Assembly (NCBI GenBank): GCA_044341875.1
Contig: JBIIQT010000008.1
Coordinates: 3,393 to 67,392 of the forward strand
Reading direction: 5' to 3'
DNA: 64,000 nucleotides
Source of the DNA: Chitinophagaceae bacterium
GTDB taxonomy: Bacteria > Bacteroidota > Bacteroidia > Chitinophagales > Chitinophagaceae
Shown: in pieces, positions 10,747-19,980 of the stretch
Layout: the number at the start of each line of letters is the position of its first letter
How positions within the stretch are numbered: the stretch's first letter is position 1
Made by a program: the position numbers and the translations under genes
The notes under the pieces: model-generated
What the model saw: only the letters and a program-made list of their open reading frames with translations
The model's database searches: none
Told to the model about the DNA's origin: nothing

Positions 10747-11776
10747 TTGTTCTTTTCTCCTTACTGCTTTGAAATGCAAGTTCTATCAATCTGATCACAT
10801 GATATCCATCCAGTGGCGTCTCTTTCAAAGGGGCGCCATTTTTTATGGTATTGTACAAGTTTTTGTAATAGTCTCCGTAACTGGCCTGTAAAGATGGGTA
10901 GGGACCTCTGATAACCTCTCCATTCAATTCAGTATGGATCAGCCCATGAATGGATGCATCCTCCATTCCCCAGTCTGGTCCTGTTGGTTTGATACCCGCC
11001 TTGAGCATCTCCTCCTGCGGGTCTTCACCAGATTTGATGTAGGAACCTTTTGTTCCATGGATCATGTACCGTGGTCCCATTTCACGAACCAGCATGCTGG
11101 CATGCAGTGTTACAATCAGGTTTTCGTATTCAAGCCTCAGGTCAAAATAATCATCCACTTTCGAATAGGATTTCATTCTCCTGATGTCAGCATTGATGGA
11201 TGTTGGCATGCCAAACAGCATCAGGGCTTGGTCAATCAGGTGAGGGCCAAGGTCATAGAAAATGCCGCTACCCGGAAGCTCCTGCTCTCGCCAAAGCCCG
11301 TAGGTCCTGGGATCTGGCCTGTATCGATCGTAATGCGCAAAAAACTCTCTTGGTTCTCCAAGCAACCCATCTTCAATGATTTTTTTCATGGTCAAAAAAT
11401 CTGTGACGTAACGGCGGTTGTGATAAACCGAGCATACTTTTCCTGTTGAAGCGGAAAGGGCGATGAGTTCTTTTGCCTCTGCTGAGGTATTGGTGAATGG
11501 TTTTTCTACAACAACATGTTTTCCTGACAGCAGTGCAGCCTTGGCATAGGGGAAATGGGTCTCGTTGGGGCTGCAAATGACTATCAACTCTATCCCCCGG
11601 TCATCCAATACCTCTTGGAAGGTTCTTGCTATTTTGATTTTGGGATATTGTTTTTGTGCAGTGTCACCTGACCGCTCAAGGATCATATCCAGTGAAAATC
11701 CCGAATCAGCAATGATGAATGGAATATGAAAAGTCCTGGCAGAGATTCCATGGCTGATGACTGCAGTAGAGATCAT
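10715..11776 (-). CDS. Gfo/Idh/MocA family NAD(P)-dependent oxidoreductase
   Basis: ICSPNETHF, GKHVVVEKPF, YHNRRY and GIFYDLGPHLIDQA motifs. Start is ATG 11776 (MISTAVISHG); the longer track ORF overlaps dapD. Confidence 0.9.
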   Translation of the reverse strand: MISTAVISHGISARTFHIPFIIADSGFSLDMILERSGDTAQKQYPKIKIARTFQEVLDDRGIELIVICSPNETHFPYAKAALLSGKHVVVEKPFTNTSAEAKELIALSASTGKVCSVYHNRRYVTDFLTMKKIIEDGLLGEPREFFAHYDRYRPDPRTYGLWREQELPGSGIFYDLGPHLIDQALMLFGMPTSINADIRRMKSYSKVDDYFDLRLEYENLIVTLHASMLVREMGPRYMIHGTKGSYIKSGEDPQEEMLKAGIKPTGPDWGMEDASIHGLIHTELNGEVIRGPYPSLQASYGDYYKNLYNTIKNGAPLKETPLDGYHVIRLIELAFQSSKEKRTITCSWSQLPA

Positions 11777-11781
11777 TTTAT

Positions 11782-11789
11782 TACTTTTG
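11782..11789 (+). promoter_or_regulatory. -7 promoter element for dapD (TACTTTTG)
   Basis: Exact TAnnTTTG match with a 14-nt gap to ATG 11804. Confidence 0.6.
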
Positions 11790-11790
11790 C

Positions 11791-11798
11791 CAAAAATA
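11791..11798 (-). promoter_or_regulatory. -7 promoter element for the oxidoreductase (TATTTTTG on minus strand)
   Basis: caaaaata on + strand is TAnnTTTG on - strand, with a 14-nt gap to ATG 11776. Confidence 0.55.
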
Positions 11799-11803
11799 CA
11801 TAT

Positions 11804-12616
11804 ATGGAACTTAAAGAACAGATATTGGCCGCATGGAACGACCGTGAATTGTTGAAAGATGCAACATATGCTGATGCGGTTAGGGCTGTGATTGAAGAGG
11901 TTGACAAGGGCAGGCTTCGTGTTGCGGAAAAGATAGGGGATGATTGGCAAGTGAACGAGTGGGTGAAACAAGCCATCCTGATGTATTTCGGGATTCAACA
12001 AATGCAAACATGGGAACTTGCTCCGTTTGAGTTCTATGATAAAATGCTCTTGAAAAAGGATTACAAATCTTTGGGCGTAAGGGCTGTTCCCCATGCCGTT
12101 GCCCGCTACGGAGCTTATCTTGCCAAGAACGTGGTCTTGATGCCCTCTTATGTTAACATTGGTGCTTATGTTGACGAAGGAACCATGGTGGATACCTGGG
12201 CAACTGTCGGCAGTTGTGCACAGATTGGAAAAGGGGTACACCTCAGTGGTGGAGTTGGCATTGGCGGAGTACTCGAGCCTCTGCAGGCCAACCCTGTGAT
12301 CATTGAAGATGGTTGCTTTGTGGGAAGCCGTTGTATTGTAGTGGAGGGTGTGATAGTAGAAAAAGAGGCAGTGCTTGGTGCCAACGTTGTGTTGACCAAG
12401 TCAACCAAAATCATTGATGTTAGCGGACCAGAACCGATTGAATACAAGGGACGTGTTCCTGCCCGTTCAGTGGTGATTCCAGGAACCTATACAAAGGAGT
12501 TTCCTGCAGGAAATTATCAGGTGGGATGTGCACTCATCATTGGCCAGCGCAAGCCCAGCACAGACCTTAAAACAAGCTTGAATGATGCATTGAGGGATTT
12601 TAATGTAGCAGTATAA
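11804..12616 (+). CDS. dapD: 2,3,4,5-tetrahydropyridine-2,6-dicarboxylate N-succinyltransferase
   Basis: WQVNEWVKQAILMYF, FYDKM, hexapeptide repeats PSYVNIGAYVDEGTMVDTWATVGSCAQIG. Start ATG 11804. Confidence 0.96.
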   Translation: MELKEQILAAWNDRELLKDATYADAVRAVIEEVDKGRLRVAEKIGDDWQVNEWVKQAILMYFGIQQMQTWELAPFEFYDKMLLKKDYKSLGVRAVPHAVARYGAYLAKNVVLMPSYVNIGAYVDEGTMVDTWATVGSCAQIGKGVHLSGGVGIGGVLEPLQANPVIIEDGCFVGSRCIVVEGVIVEKEAVLGANVVLTKSTKIIDVSGPEPIEYKGRVPARSVVIPGTYTKEFPAGNYQVGCALIIGQRKPSTDLKTSLNDALRDFNVAV

Positions 12617-12705
12617 GGTTGAAGAGGTTGAGGATGTTGAAGGAAATTCTTAAACTACTTCAACTGGCCGAAGCCTGACTTAAACCCCTTCAACTTCCCT
12701 CAAAA
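12617..12705. repeat. 9-bp-period GTTGAAG/CTTCAAC repeat cluster in inverted arrangement
   Basis: GGTTGAAG, GGTTGAGG and TGTTGAAG at 12617/12626/12635; CTTCAAC at 12658 and 12688. Confidence 0.75.
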
Positions 12706-12813
12706 CTCAACTGCAATCAACCCTGACCCTGGTAGGGTGATGATGACCACTGCAATGTAGCAGATGAATTAGCAGAGTATAGTTGAAATCCTTTTGGATG
12801 GACTCGCGATCAT
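12700..12813 (-). pseudogene. Possible decayed small membrane or secreted protein gene
   Basis: Reads MIASPSKRISTILC*FICYIAVVIITLPGSGLIAVEF* with an in-frame TAA at 12769-12771; A-rich leader and TATATTCG element at 12910-12917 on the minus strand. Confidence 0.3.
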
Positions 12814-12962
12814 GATAGTGATTCGTTTTTGAGAAAATCAGGTGATGTAGCAATTCAGTAGAAATTGGAGTAGGATTGGTTTTGGGAGGAAATTGAATGA
12901 AGACTTCTGCGAATATATAGGCCGAAATGGGCATATGCAAGTTTGAACCCTGTCAAATTTGT

Positions 12963-12970
12963 TAACTTTG
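12963..12970 (+). promoter_or_regulatory. -7 promoter element for cca (TAACTTTG)
   Basis: Exact consensus, with TTTG at 12942-12945; only 5 nt before ATG 12976. Confidence 0.6.
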
Positions 12971-12975
12971 CGATT

Positions 12976-14451
12976 ATGCATTTTTCTTTAGAGAAGCCTG
13001 AAGCCTTAATCGTAGCAAAAATAGCGGAAGCTGCTTCATCACTTGGCGTAGAGGCCTTTGTGGTGGGTGGTATTGTGCGCGATAAATTGCTTGACCGTCC
13101 TTGTAAAGACATTGATGTTGTTTGCCTGGGTGATGCCATTGCTTTGGCCAATGCTGTCAGTGCATTGTTTGTGCCAGAACCCAAGGTTTCATGGTTCAAA
13201 AATTTTGGAACAGCTCATTTCAATATCAAAGGATATGACGTAGAATTTGTGGGGGCAAGGAAAGAGAGCTATCAGCATGATTCTAGAAATCCCATTGTGG
13301 AACAAGGGACACTTCAGGATGATCAGGAGAGAAGGGATTTTACCATTAATGCCTTGGCTTTTTCAGTTATGGATTATCTGCCAACGGCAAATGGACAATC
13401 CATAAGCCATGCTGCTCAAAGTAATGACAGGAATCTGCATGCTATTTCAGTAATCGATCCATTCAATGGAATTGAAGACCTCGAACGGGGGATCATCAAA
13501 ACACCACTTGCCCCAGAAAAAACATTTAGCGATGATCCGTTGAGAATGCTCAGGGCCATTCGTTTTGCCTCACAGTTGGGATTTACCATTGAGTCCAATA
13601 CGTTGCTTGGTATTTCTGATACAGCACACAGAATTTCCATCATTTCACAAGAGCGAATTACAGATGAATTCAACAAGATCCTTCTTTCGCGCAAGCCCTC
13701 TGTCGGATTGGATCTTTTGTACAAGACAGGCTTGTTGAAAATCATCTTCCCACAAATGGTTGATCTTGCCGGTGCGGAATACATTGACGGCAAGGGCCAC
13801 AAGGATAATTTTTACCATACCCTGCAGGTGATTGACAATGTTGCTGCCAACACCAATAACCTTTGGTTGCTCTGGGCCGCCTTGTTACATGATATTGCAA
13901 AGCCCGCCACCAAAAGGTTTGAGGACGGTATTGGCTGGACATTCCATGGTCATGAAGTGGTAGGCGGAAGAATGGTGCCAAAGGTTTTCACCAAGCTGAA
14001 ACTTCCCATGCATGAGAACATGCGGTATGTGAGAAAATTGGTTGAATTGCATTTGAGGCCCATCAGCCTTACAAAAGATAATATCACAGACTCTGCTATT
14101 CGTCGGCTCCTCTTTGATGCAGGTGATGACTTGGAAGATTTGATGACCCTTTGTGATGCAGACATTACGTCTAAGAATGAAGCAAAAGTGAAACGGTTTC
14201 GCAACAATTTCGAAATGGTCCGCATTCGTTTGAGGGAAGTGGAAGAAAAGGACAAGGTGCGAAATTGGCAGCCGCCCATTACAGGAGAGCTCATCATGGA
14301 AACCTTCAAGCTGCAACCCTGCAGGGAAGTGGGATTGATCAAAACAGCTATTAGAGAAGCGATTCTTGACGGATTGATTGAGAACAATTATGATGCAGCT
14401 TTTGCCATGATGATGGAGCAAGGCAAGCAACTCGGACTCGCTGGCCTTTGA
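12976..14451 (+). CDS. cca: CCA tRNA nucleotidyltransferase with HD domain (class II)
   Basis: VVGGIVRD...DIDVV, EFVGARKESY, RRDFTINALA, DDPLRMLRAIRFA and LLHDIAK motifs. Confidence 0.88.
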   Translation: MHFSLEKPEALIVAKIAEAASSLGVEAFVVGGIVRDKLLDRPCKDIDVVCLGDAIALANAVSALFVPEPKVSWFKNFGTAHFNIKGYDVEFVGARKESYQHDSRNPIVEQGTLQDDQERRDFTINALAFSVMDYLPTANGQSISHAAQSNDRNLHAISVIDPFNGIEDLERGIIKTPLAPEKTFSDDPLRMLRAIRFASQLGFTIESNTLLGISDTAHRISIISQERITDEFNKILLSRKPSVGLDLLYKTGLLKIIFPQMVDLAGAEYIDGKGHKDNFYHTLQVIDNVAANTNNLWLLWAALLHDIAKPATKRFEDGIGWTFHGHEVVGGRMVPKVFTKLKLPMHENMRYVRKLVELHLRPISLTKDNITDSAIRRLLFDAGDDLEDLMTLCDADITSKNEAKVKRFRNNFEMVRIRLREVEEKDKVRNWQPPITGELIMETFKLQPCREVGLIKTAIREAILDGLIENNYDAAFAMMMEQGKQLGLAGL

Positions 14452-14471
14452 TCAATCTGTCATCATACGGC

Positions 14472-15356
14472 TCAACTGATTTCCAATCGGCTGAACCAGG
14501 TGATTTGTCGTTTGGCGTAATTTCTGGTATGCTGTTTGATTTTTTCAACAGCCTCTTCCCTCGAATATTTTCCCTCAAAAAAATCAAATAGTTCTTTGTA
14601 TCCCACTGTTTGCAAGGCTGATAAATGTCTGAATTCAAACAAAGTCCGGGCCTCATCTTCCAATCCTTCTGCCATCATCATGTCTACCCGATGATTGATT
14701 CTTGTATAGAGATCTTCCCTTGGCATTTGAATAAAATGATAGCGGATCCTGAAATTTCTTTTGTCAACAGACCTGCTAGAATCTGCTTCGCCCAAATGTT
14801 TTTGCGCAATCCCTTTTTGAAAATGGGCAATTGGAAACCCTGTATGCAGGACAACTTCCATGGCCCTCATCATGCGGTTGGGATTATGGGTCTCTCCATT
14901 GATGGCAAATCCAGGATCCAGGCTGAGCAATGCATCCCTGAGTCCTTCAAGACCTTTAGTCTGGTGGATGGCGATGACCTCATTGCGAACTGCAATGGGC
15001 ACTTCAGGAATATCATCGAGTCCTTCAGCGAGGGCCTTGATATAAAGACCCGTTCCGCCACATACCACGGCTTGATCATGGTCTTGAAAAATGATGTCAA
15101 GACAGGCGAGGGCCTCTTTTTCAAAACTGGCTGCTGTAATGTTTTCGTGAATGGAATGGTTGGCAATGAAATGATGCCTCACTGCAGATAGTTCTGCATC
15201 AGAGGGCCTTGCAACACCTATTTTCATTTCCTTGTAGCATTGCCTTGAGTCTGCAGAAATGATTTCAGTTTTCAGTGCTGTTGCAATCTTGATGGCCTCA
15301 GCGGTTTTTCCCACGGCGGTAGGTCCAACAATAATGATGCATTCTTTTTCGGCCAT
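14472..15356 (-). CDS. miaA: tRNA dimethylallyltransferase
   Basis: GPTAVGKT, IISADSRQ, VCGGTGLYIKAL, VGYKELF and TRNYAKRQITWF motifs. Start ATG 15356. Confidence 0.95.
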   Translation of the reverse strand: MAEKECIIIVGPTAVGKTAEAIKIATALKTEIISADSRQCYKEMKIGVARPSDAELSAVRHHFIANHSIHENITAASFEKEALACLDIIFQDHDQAVVCGGTGLYIKALAEGLDDIPEVPIAVRNEVIAIHQTKGLEGLRDALLSLDPGFAINGETHNPNRMMRAMEVVLHTGFPIAHFQKGIAQKHLGEADSSRSVDKRNFRIRYHFIQMPREDLYTRINHRVDMMMAEGLEDEARTLFEFRHLSALQTVGYKELFDFFEGKYSREEAVEKIKQHTRNYAKRQITWFSRLEIS

Positions 15357-15357
15357 G

Positions 15358-15930
15358 CTAAAATGATGTATCCTCTTCAGTGCCTTCTGCCTCTTCTCCG
15401 GCATCGTCACTTTCTCCGGCATCTTCACCTTCATCAGAAAAACCATCACCAAGAGAAGCAAGATCATATTTCTCTTCTACATCTGCAAAGCGGTCACCAA
15501 GGATGCTTTTGATGCCATATTGGCTTGGTCCTATCCCTTCTTTCCTCGTAACGGAAGGGTAGGTTATTTTTGAATTTTCCTCTTTTGAAACACCGATCAA
15601 TTGCACCTTGAATGACCAGTTTTTTTTGAAGTCATAGAGGTAGATGAATTTTTGTTCTGTATCCCGGATCTCGGATCCGATGATCGTTTCAAACATGTCC
15701 AATGGATCTACCCTGTATTCAACATCATTGTATTTTTCCAGGCTGATTTCTCTTCCCCGCTGCCAGCTATCGTTGCTCCTGAAAAAGGTTGCCTGATGAA
15801 TACTGTCGAATTCATAGGCCGACAATATCATTTGGTGCAGTTCAAAAAAAGACTGGTTGTGCTTGATGACAATGTCGCGATAAATGGTATCGTCTTCTTC
15901 GAAATAGACACGAAATTTTAAAATGGCCAT
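15358..15930 (-). CDS. pRiA4b ORF-3-like conserved protein with acidic tail
   Basis: LHQMILSAYEFD..HQATFF and KFIYLYDF...WSF.VQL pattern; D/E-rich C-terminus; 1 nt upstream of miaA. Confidence 0.7.
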   Translation of the reverse strand: MAILKFRVYFEEDDTIYRDIVIKHNQSFFELHQMILSAYEFDSIHQATFFRSNDSWQRGREISLEKYNDVEYRVDPLDMFETIIGSEIRDTEQKFIYLYDFKKNWSFKVQLIGVSKEENSKITYPSVTRKEGIGPSQYGIKSILGDRFADVEEKYDLASLGDGFSDEGEDAGESDDAGEEAEGTEEDTSF

Positions 15931-16011
15931 GACGCAATTTAATGAAAATTAGGGACACAGCGTAGGGCTGCACCAACTTGCAGGATTGATATTGTCCTTT
16001 AAAATCTGGGT

Positions 16012-17541
16012 TTAAAATTTGAATCCAACCGTCAGGAAAATATTGCCATTGCTTCCCCGCACATTACCAGGCTCATAATAGCCATTATCAAGCCGGTAGG
16101 GGAAACTGGCATCCTTGATCAGTTGTTGTACATAGGTGAGGTCCACGAAAAATCCCATGTTACGGTATCCCAATCCTCCACTGATGTTCATCTGTCTGGC
16201 TTTCAACAAAGTATTCGCGTAGGCATTGCCCATGTAGTTGAAGCCAAGCCTGGTCATGATGGTCTTGAACTTGAGTTCACCGCCCAACCGCATGTTCAAA
16301 GCAGACCTGAATTGTTCCCTGATCGCATCGTTCACCTGGTTAAGGTAACCGTCATCACTGGTAGTGGCCCCAGTGAACTTCGCATTGGTATAGTCCAGGT
16401 ATTCGATGTCAGCACTGATGAAACCTTTTTGCATGTTGACGTCGGCAACCTCATTCAATACATAGGAAATACCTGCCATCAAGCGCATCGGGTTGGTGAA
16501 ATTGTATTGAAACTGCCCCAGTTCCCCATCGTTGAAATCCAGAGAACTCTGCTTGAGTACGCCGTTCCCCTGATAGCCTTCAAGGTCTGTAGTAATCTTA
16601 CTGCTGTACTTATCATCCATGTTGTACAAAACAGGAGAGTGAAAAGCCAATCCGATCCTGAGCCTTTCTATAGGCTTCACAATCAGCCCCAATTTTAAAC
16701 CAACCCCTACACCTTCGCTGATGAGATAGTCTTCGGTTTCAAAATAATTGAAATTGTTTTTTTTGTTGGACGTGGCATCAGACTCCCTGTAAATGGAGGT
16801 TCTTTCATACTTGAGCTTGCTGAACGTAATACCACCGCCGACAAATAGTTTATCAAGATAGTTGCCACTTGCAGAGAAATAGATGTCATTGATGCTTCCC
16901 TTGGTGGTGATGTCCTGTTGTTGGTTCACGCCAGTTTGGGGAGTGGAAAGGCTTCTGTAGCCCCTGATGCTGCCACCAGGACCTGCAAGGGTATCAATGA
17001 GGTAAGTATTGAAGGCAAGGCTTGATCCGTATGGAAATTTTGATGCAGCCTGGTTGGGATCTGTCACATTGTTGTTGATCAGCTCTTCCAGGTATTTCTC
17101 CGAGTAGGAGCTTTCTGTATTGGTTCCTTGCAACCTTGTGCTATTGCCAAAGTTTACGATTTTGTTCATACCGATACCATAGGTGAAATTTCTCCATTTG
17201 CCGTTCCATGATCCTGGCCTGGGCAATACCAGTCCTATGTTGCTGAAATCAGGGGTGATTTTGTTGGCCTTTGTTTCGGTATTGAGGTAGTTGATCCTGG
17301 TATTGTTGAATGCCAGTGAGGGTGTAAATGTGAACTCTCCACTTTTGTAAAGGCCTAGCCCTGCAGGGTTGATGAATGCCGCAGAAATATCTCCACCCAA
17401 AGAAGTCATTGCTCCCCCAATAGCCCTGGCCCTGGCTGTTCCGCCGTGTCCCATCAATGAATAACGGAGGGCATCAACAGGCTCCTGCGCTTGCAGCTGT
17501 AGGCCAAACAAAATGCTGAATAGAATGGGGAGTTGCTTCAT
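16012..17541 (-). CDS. OmpP1/FadL-like outer membrane beta-barrel protein
   Basis: Signal peptide, GTARARAIGGAMTSLGGDISAAFINPAGLG motif, C-terminal ...TVGFKF. Start 17541 preferred over 17574. Confidence 0.8.
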   Translation of the reverse strand: MKQLPILFSILFGLQLQAQEPVDALRYSLMGHGGTARARAIGGAMTSLGGDISAAFINPAGLGLYKSGEFTFTPSLAFNNTRINYLNTETKANKITPDFSNIGLVLPRPGSWNGKWRNFTYGIGMNKIVNFGNSTRLQGTNTESSYSEKYLEELINNNVTDPNQAASKFPYGSSLAFNTYLIDTLAGPGGSIRGYRSLSTPQTGVNQQQDITTKGSINDIYFSASGNYLDKLFVGGGITFSKLKYERTSIYRESDATSNKKNNFNYFETEDYLISEGVGVGLKLGLIVKPIERLRIGLAFHSPVLYNMDDKYSSKITTDLEGYQGNGVLKQSSLDFNDGELGQFQYNFTNPMRLMAGISYVLNEVADVNMQKGFISADIEYLDYTNAKFTGATTSDDGYLNQVNDAIREQFRSALNMRLGGELKFKTIMTRLGFNYMGNAYANTLLKARQMNISGGLGYRNMGFFVDLTYVQQLIKDASFPYRLDNGYYEPGNVRGSNGNIFLTVGFKF

Positions 17542-17631
17542 GCGAAATGATTTAGGTTGCAGGAGTTCAGCCATTGGGTATTGTGCATGGGCCTGAAGAC
17601 CTCATCATCAAACCAAAACTGAACATCTGAA

Positions 17632-18378
17632 TTAGTTTCCTCCTCTGGGGAATGATCTTACAGGTGCAGATCCACTGCTGGAAGAACTGCTGCTTGACCC
17701 CGAGCTGTTTGAGCTTGAACTTGAGCTTGAACTGCCTGAGTTTGAGGAATTGGAGAAAGTCCTTGAGGGGCTGCTATAAGACTCTCCACTGCTGCGGGGG
17801 TTGTATCCTCCTCGTGGGATGTTGCTACCAGAATTAGAAGATTGTCCTCCTGAGCGAAAAAATCCGCCTCCCAGTTTAGGGTCAGCAGCGCTGGTTCTCA
17901 TGGGTGTATAATTGCTCAATGAATAAGTTCTTGGCCCTGTTGAATTTGGAGCAATTGATTTGGAGGAATTTAAAACAATAACAGGTTGACCATAGTAATT
18001 GGGGGAGAATGGATTCAGGTAGGGAGACATTCCAAAAGGCATGGGCCTCCCCCAAAACAAACTGTTCATACCTGAGTAGCCAAAAGTGGGGTGCAGGTTA
18101 AAGTAGTTGCTGTTGTTCCAGTGAGGATTGTTCCAATAGGCATAATCATCATCAAATGAATTCCATCTGGAACCTCCGAAGGCCTTCATCCGCATATACC
18201 GATCAGTCATGGGAACTTCTGAAGCCCTGTATTCATCTTCTTCTTCCAGATTGACATATTCGGCGCCTGGCCTGGCTGGAGAAAAATACACGTCATCAAT
18301 GGTCTGTCCTGTCCTGAAGGCTGTGCTGCACCCCATCATGATGGAAGCAAGCGAAATGGCAAGAATGATCCTGTTCAT
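17632..18378 (-). CDS. Hypothetical lipoprotein with Ser/Gly-rich disordered tail
   Basis: Lipobox IMMGC, DDVYFSP motif, poly-Ser C-terminus. Start ATG 18378 (MNRIILA). Confidence 0.75.
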   Translation of the reverse strand: MNRIILAISLASIMMGCSTAFRTGQTIDDVYFSPARPGAEYVNLEEEDEYRASEVPMTDRYMRMKAFGGSRWNSFDDDYAYWNNPHWNNSNYFNLHPTFGYSGMNSLFWGRPMPFGMSPYLNPFSPNYYGQPVIVLNSSKSIAPNSTGPRTYSLSNYTPMRTSAADPKLGGGFFRSGGQSSNSGSNIPRGGYNPRSSGESYSSPSRTFSNSSNSGSSSSSSSSNSSGSSSSSSSSGSAPVRSFPRGGN

Positions 18379-18410
18379 ACGATGCGATTTAAAGATTAAT
18401 CCGAAGTTAC

Positions 18411-18418
18411 TACATTTG
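18411..18418 (+). promoter_or_regulatory. -7 promoter element for proS (TACATTTG)
   Basis: Exact TAnnTTTG match upstream of proS. Confidence 0.6.
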
Positions 18419-18501
18419 CGCAATCCTGTTCCATTATTTAGACGAACGGCAAGTGTTAAAGTTGCAGTCAATTGAACAAAAACTGTTAAAGCATTAATAA
18501 T

Positions 18502-19980
18502 ATGGCAAACGAACTGACATCAAGGGCTACCGATTACGCACAATGGTACAATGAACTGATTTTGAAGGGCGGACTGGCCGACTATTCTGCTGTGAGGGGT
18601 TGTATGGTGATAAAGCCCTACGGCTATACCCTATGGGAAAACATGAGGGATGTATTGGACAAGATGTTCAAGGATACAGGCCATGTCAATGCCTATTTTC
18701 CACTCTTCGTCCCCAAATCCTTTCTGGAGAAGGAAGAGGGACATGCTGAGGGCTTTGCAAAGGAATGTGCTGTAGTTACCCATTACAGGTTGAAAACCGA
18801 TCCCAACAACAAGGGAAAGCTGATGGTTGATCCTGATGCAAAGTTGGAAGAGGAACTCATCGTTCGCCCTACCAGTGAAGCCATCATCTGGAATGCTTAT
18901 AAAGATTGGATCCAATCTTACCGGGATTTGCCCCTGTTGATCAACCAGTGGGCCAATGTGGTCAGGTGGGAGATGAGGACAAGGCTTTTCTTGAGAACGG
19001 CCGAATTCCTTTGGCAGGAAGGTCATACCGCACACGCCACGGCTGAAGAGGCAATTGAAGAAGCTGAAAAAATGCTGCATGTTTATGGAGATTTTGTAGA
19101 AAACTACATGGCGCTGCCTGTCATCAAGGGCATAAAAACTCCGAATGAGCGTTTTGCAGGTGCATTGGAAACCTATTGTATCGAAGCCCTGATGCAGGAT
19201 GGAAAGGCCTTACAGGCCGGCACTTCCCATTTTCTCGGACAAAACTTTGCCAAAGCCTTTGATGTGAAATACCTGACCAAGGAGAACAAACAGGAATTTG
19301 TTTGGGCAACTTCTTGGGGTGTTTCCACCCGGTTGATTGGGGCTTTGGTAATGGCACACAGTGATGATCAGGGACTTGTCATGCCCCCAAGAATTGCACC
19401 GTTGCAGGTGGTGATAGTTCCGATTTATAAAGGGCCAGAGCAAAAAGCCTTGGTGGATGAAAAAGTGAATGCCATCATCGCCGACTTGAAAGCCAACGGC
19501 ATATCTGTGAAATACGACGACTCAGAGAACACCCGACCAGGATGGAAGTTTGCAGAATATGAACTAAAAGGGGTGCCAGTTCGCATCGCGATTGGTCAGA
19601 AGGACATTGAAAATGGAGTGGTGGAAGTGGCAAGAAGAGATACCAAAGAAAAGCAGTCTATCCCCGCTGCAGACCTGATTGAACATGTCAAGTTCCTGAT
19701 GACCGATATCCAGCAAAACCTTTACAACAGGGCATTGTCATACAGGGATTCCCACATTACGGAAGTTAACAGTTGGGAGGAATTCAAACAAGTCCTCAAT
19801 GAAAAGGGCGGATTCATCTCAGCACATTGGGATGGAACGCCTGAAACTGAAGATAAGATCAAGGAGGAGTCCAAAGCAACCATCCGTTGTATTCCACTGA
19901 ACAACCAGGCCGAAGACGGGGTCTGCGTATTTTCAGGAAAGCCAAGTAAACAGCGGGTGTTGTTTGCAATGGCTTACTAA
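18502..19980 (+). CDS. proS: Proline--tRNA ligase (archaeal/eukaryotic-like type)
   Basis: [56 protein letters not shown] motifs and FAMAY C-terminus. Confidence 0.97.
   Translation: MANELTSRATDYAQWYNELILKGGLADYSAVRGCMVIKPYGYTLWENMRDVLDKMFKDTGHVNAYFPLFVPKSFLEKEEGHAEGFAKECAVVTHYRLKTDPNNKGKLMVDPDAKLEEELIVRPTSEAIIWNAYKDWIQSYRDLPLLINQWANVVRWEMRTRLFLRTAEFLWQEGHTAHATAEEAIEEAEKMLHVYGDFVENYMALPVIKGIKTPNERFAGALETYCIEALMQDGKALQAGTSHFLGQNFAKAFDVKYLTKENKQEFVWATSWGVSTRLIGALVMAHSDDQGLVMPPRIAPLQVVIVPIYKGPEQKALVDEKVNAIIADLKANGISVKYDDSENTRPGWKFAEYELKGVPVRIAIGQKDIENGVVEVARRDTKEKQSIPAADLIEHVKFLMTDIQQNLYNRALSYRDSHITEVNSWEEFKQVLNEKGGFISAHWDGTPETEDKIKEESKATIRCIPLNNQAEDGVCVFSGKPSKQRVLFAMAY

Noticed and set aside
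11777-12241. N-terminal 155-aa extension of the 508-aa minus-strand ORF
   Set aside because: Antisense to dapD; Gfo/Idh/MocA homology begins at ATG 11776, which has its own -7 element.
12707-12940. 77-aa minus-strand track ORF (MHMPISAY...)
   Set aside because: No recognisable motif, TTG start, and it spans a putative promoter; a different frame looks more gene-like.
13885-14430. Long antisense ORFs (e.g. 13885-14430, 16123-16698, 36331-36966, 40705-41247, 44834-45373)
   Set aside because: Shadows of well-supported genes on the opposite strand, with no independent motifs.
15358-15930. pRiA4b ORF-3 protein as evidence of a plasmid or IS element
   Set aside because: No transposase, terminal repeats or target duplication; the gene is coupled to miaA in a core region.
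17660-17790. GAGCTTGAACTT-like repeats
   Set aside because: Explained by the poly-Ser tail of the lipoprotein.
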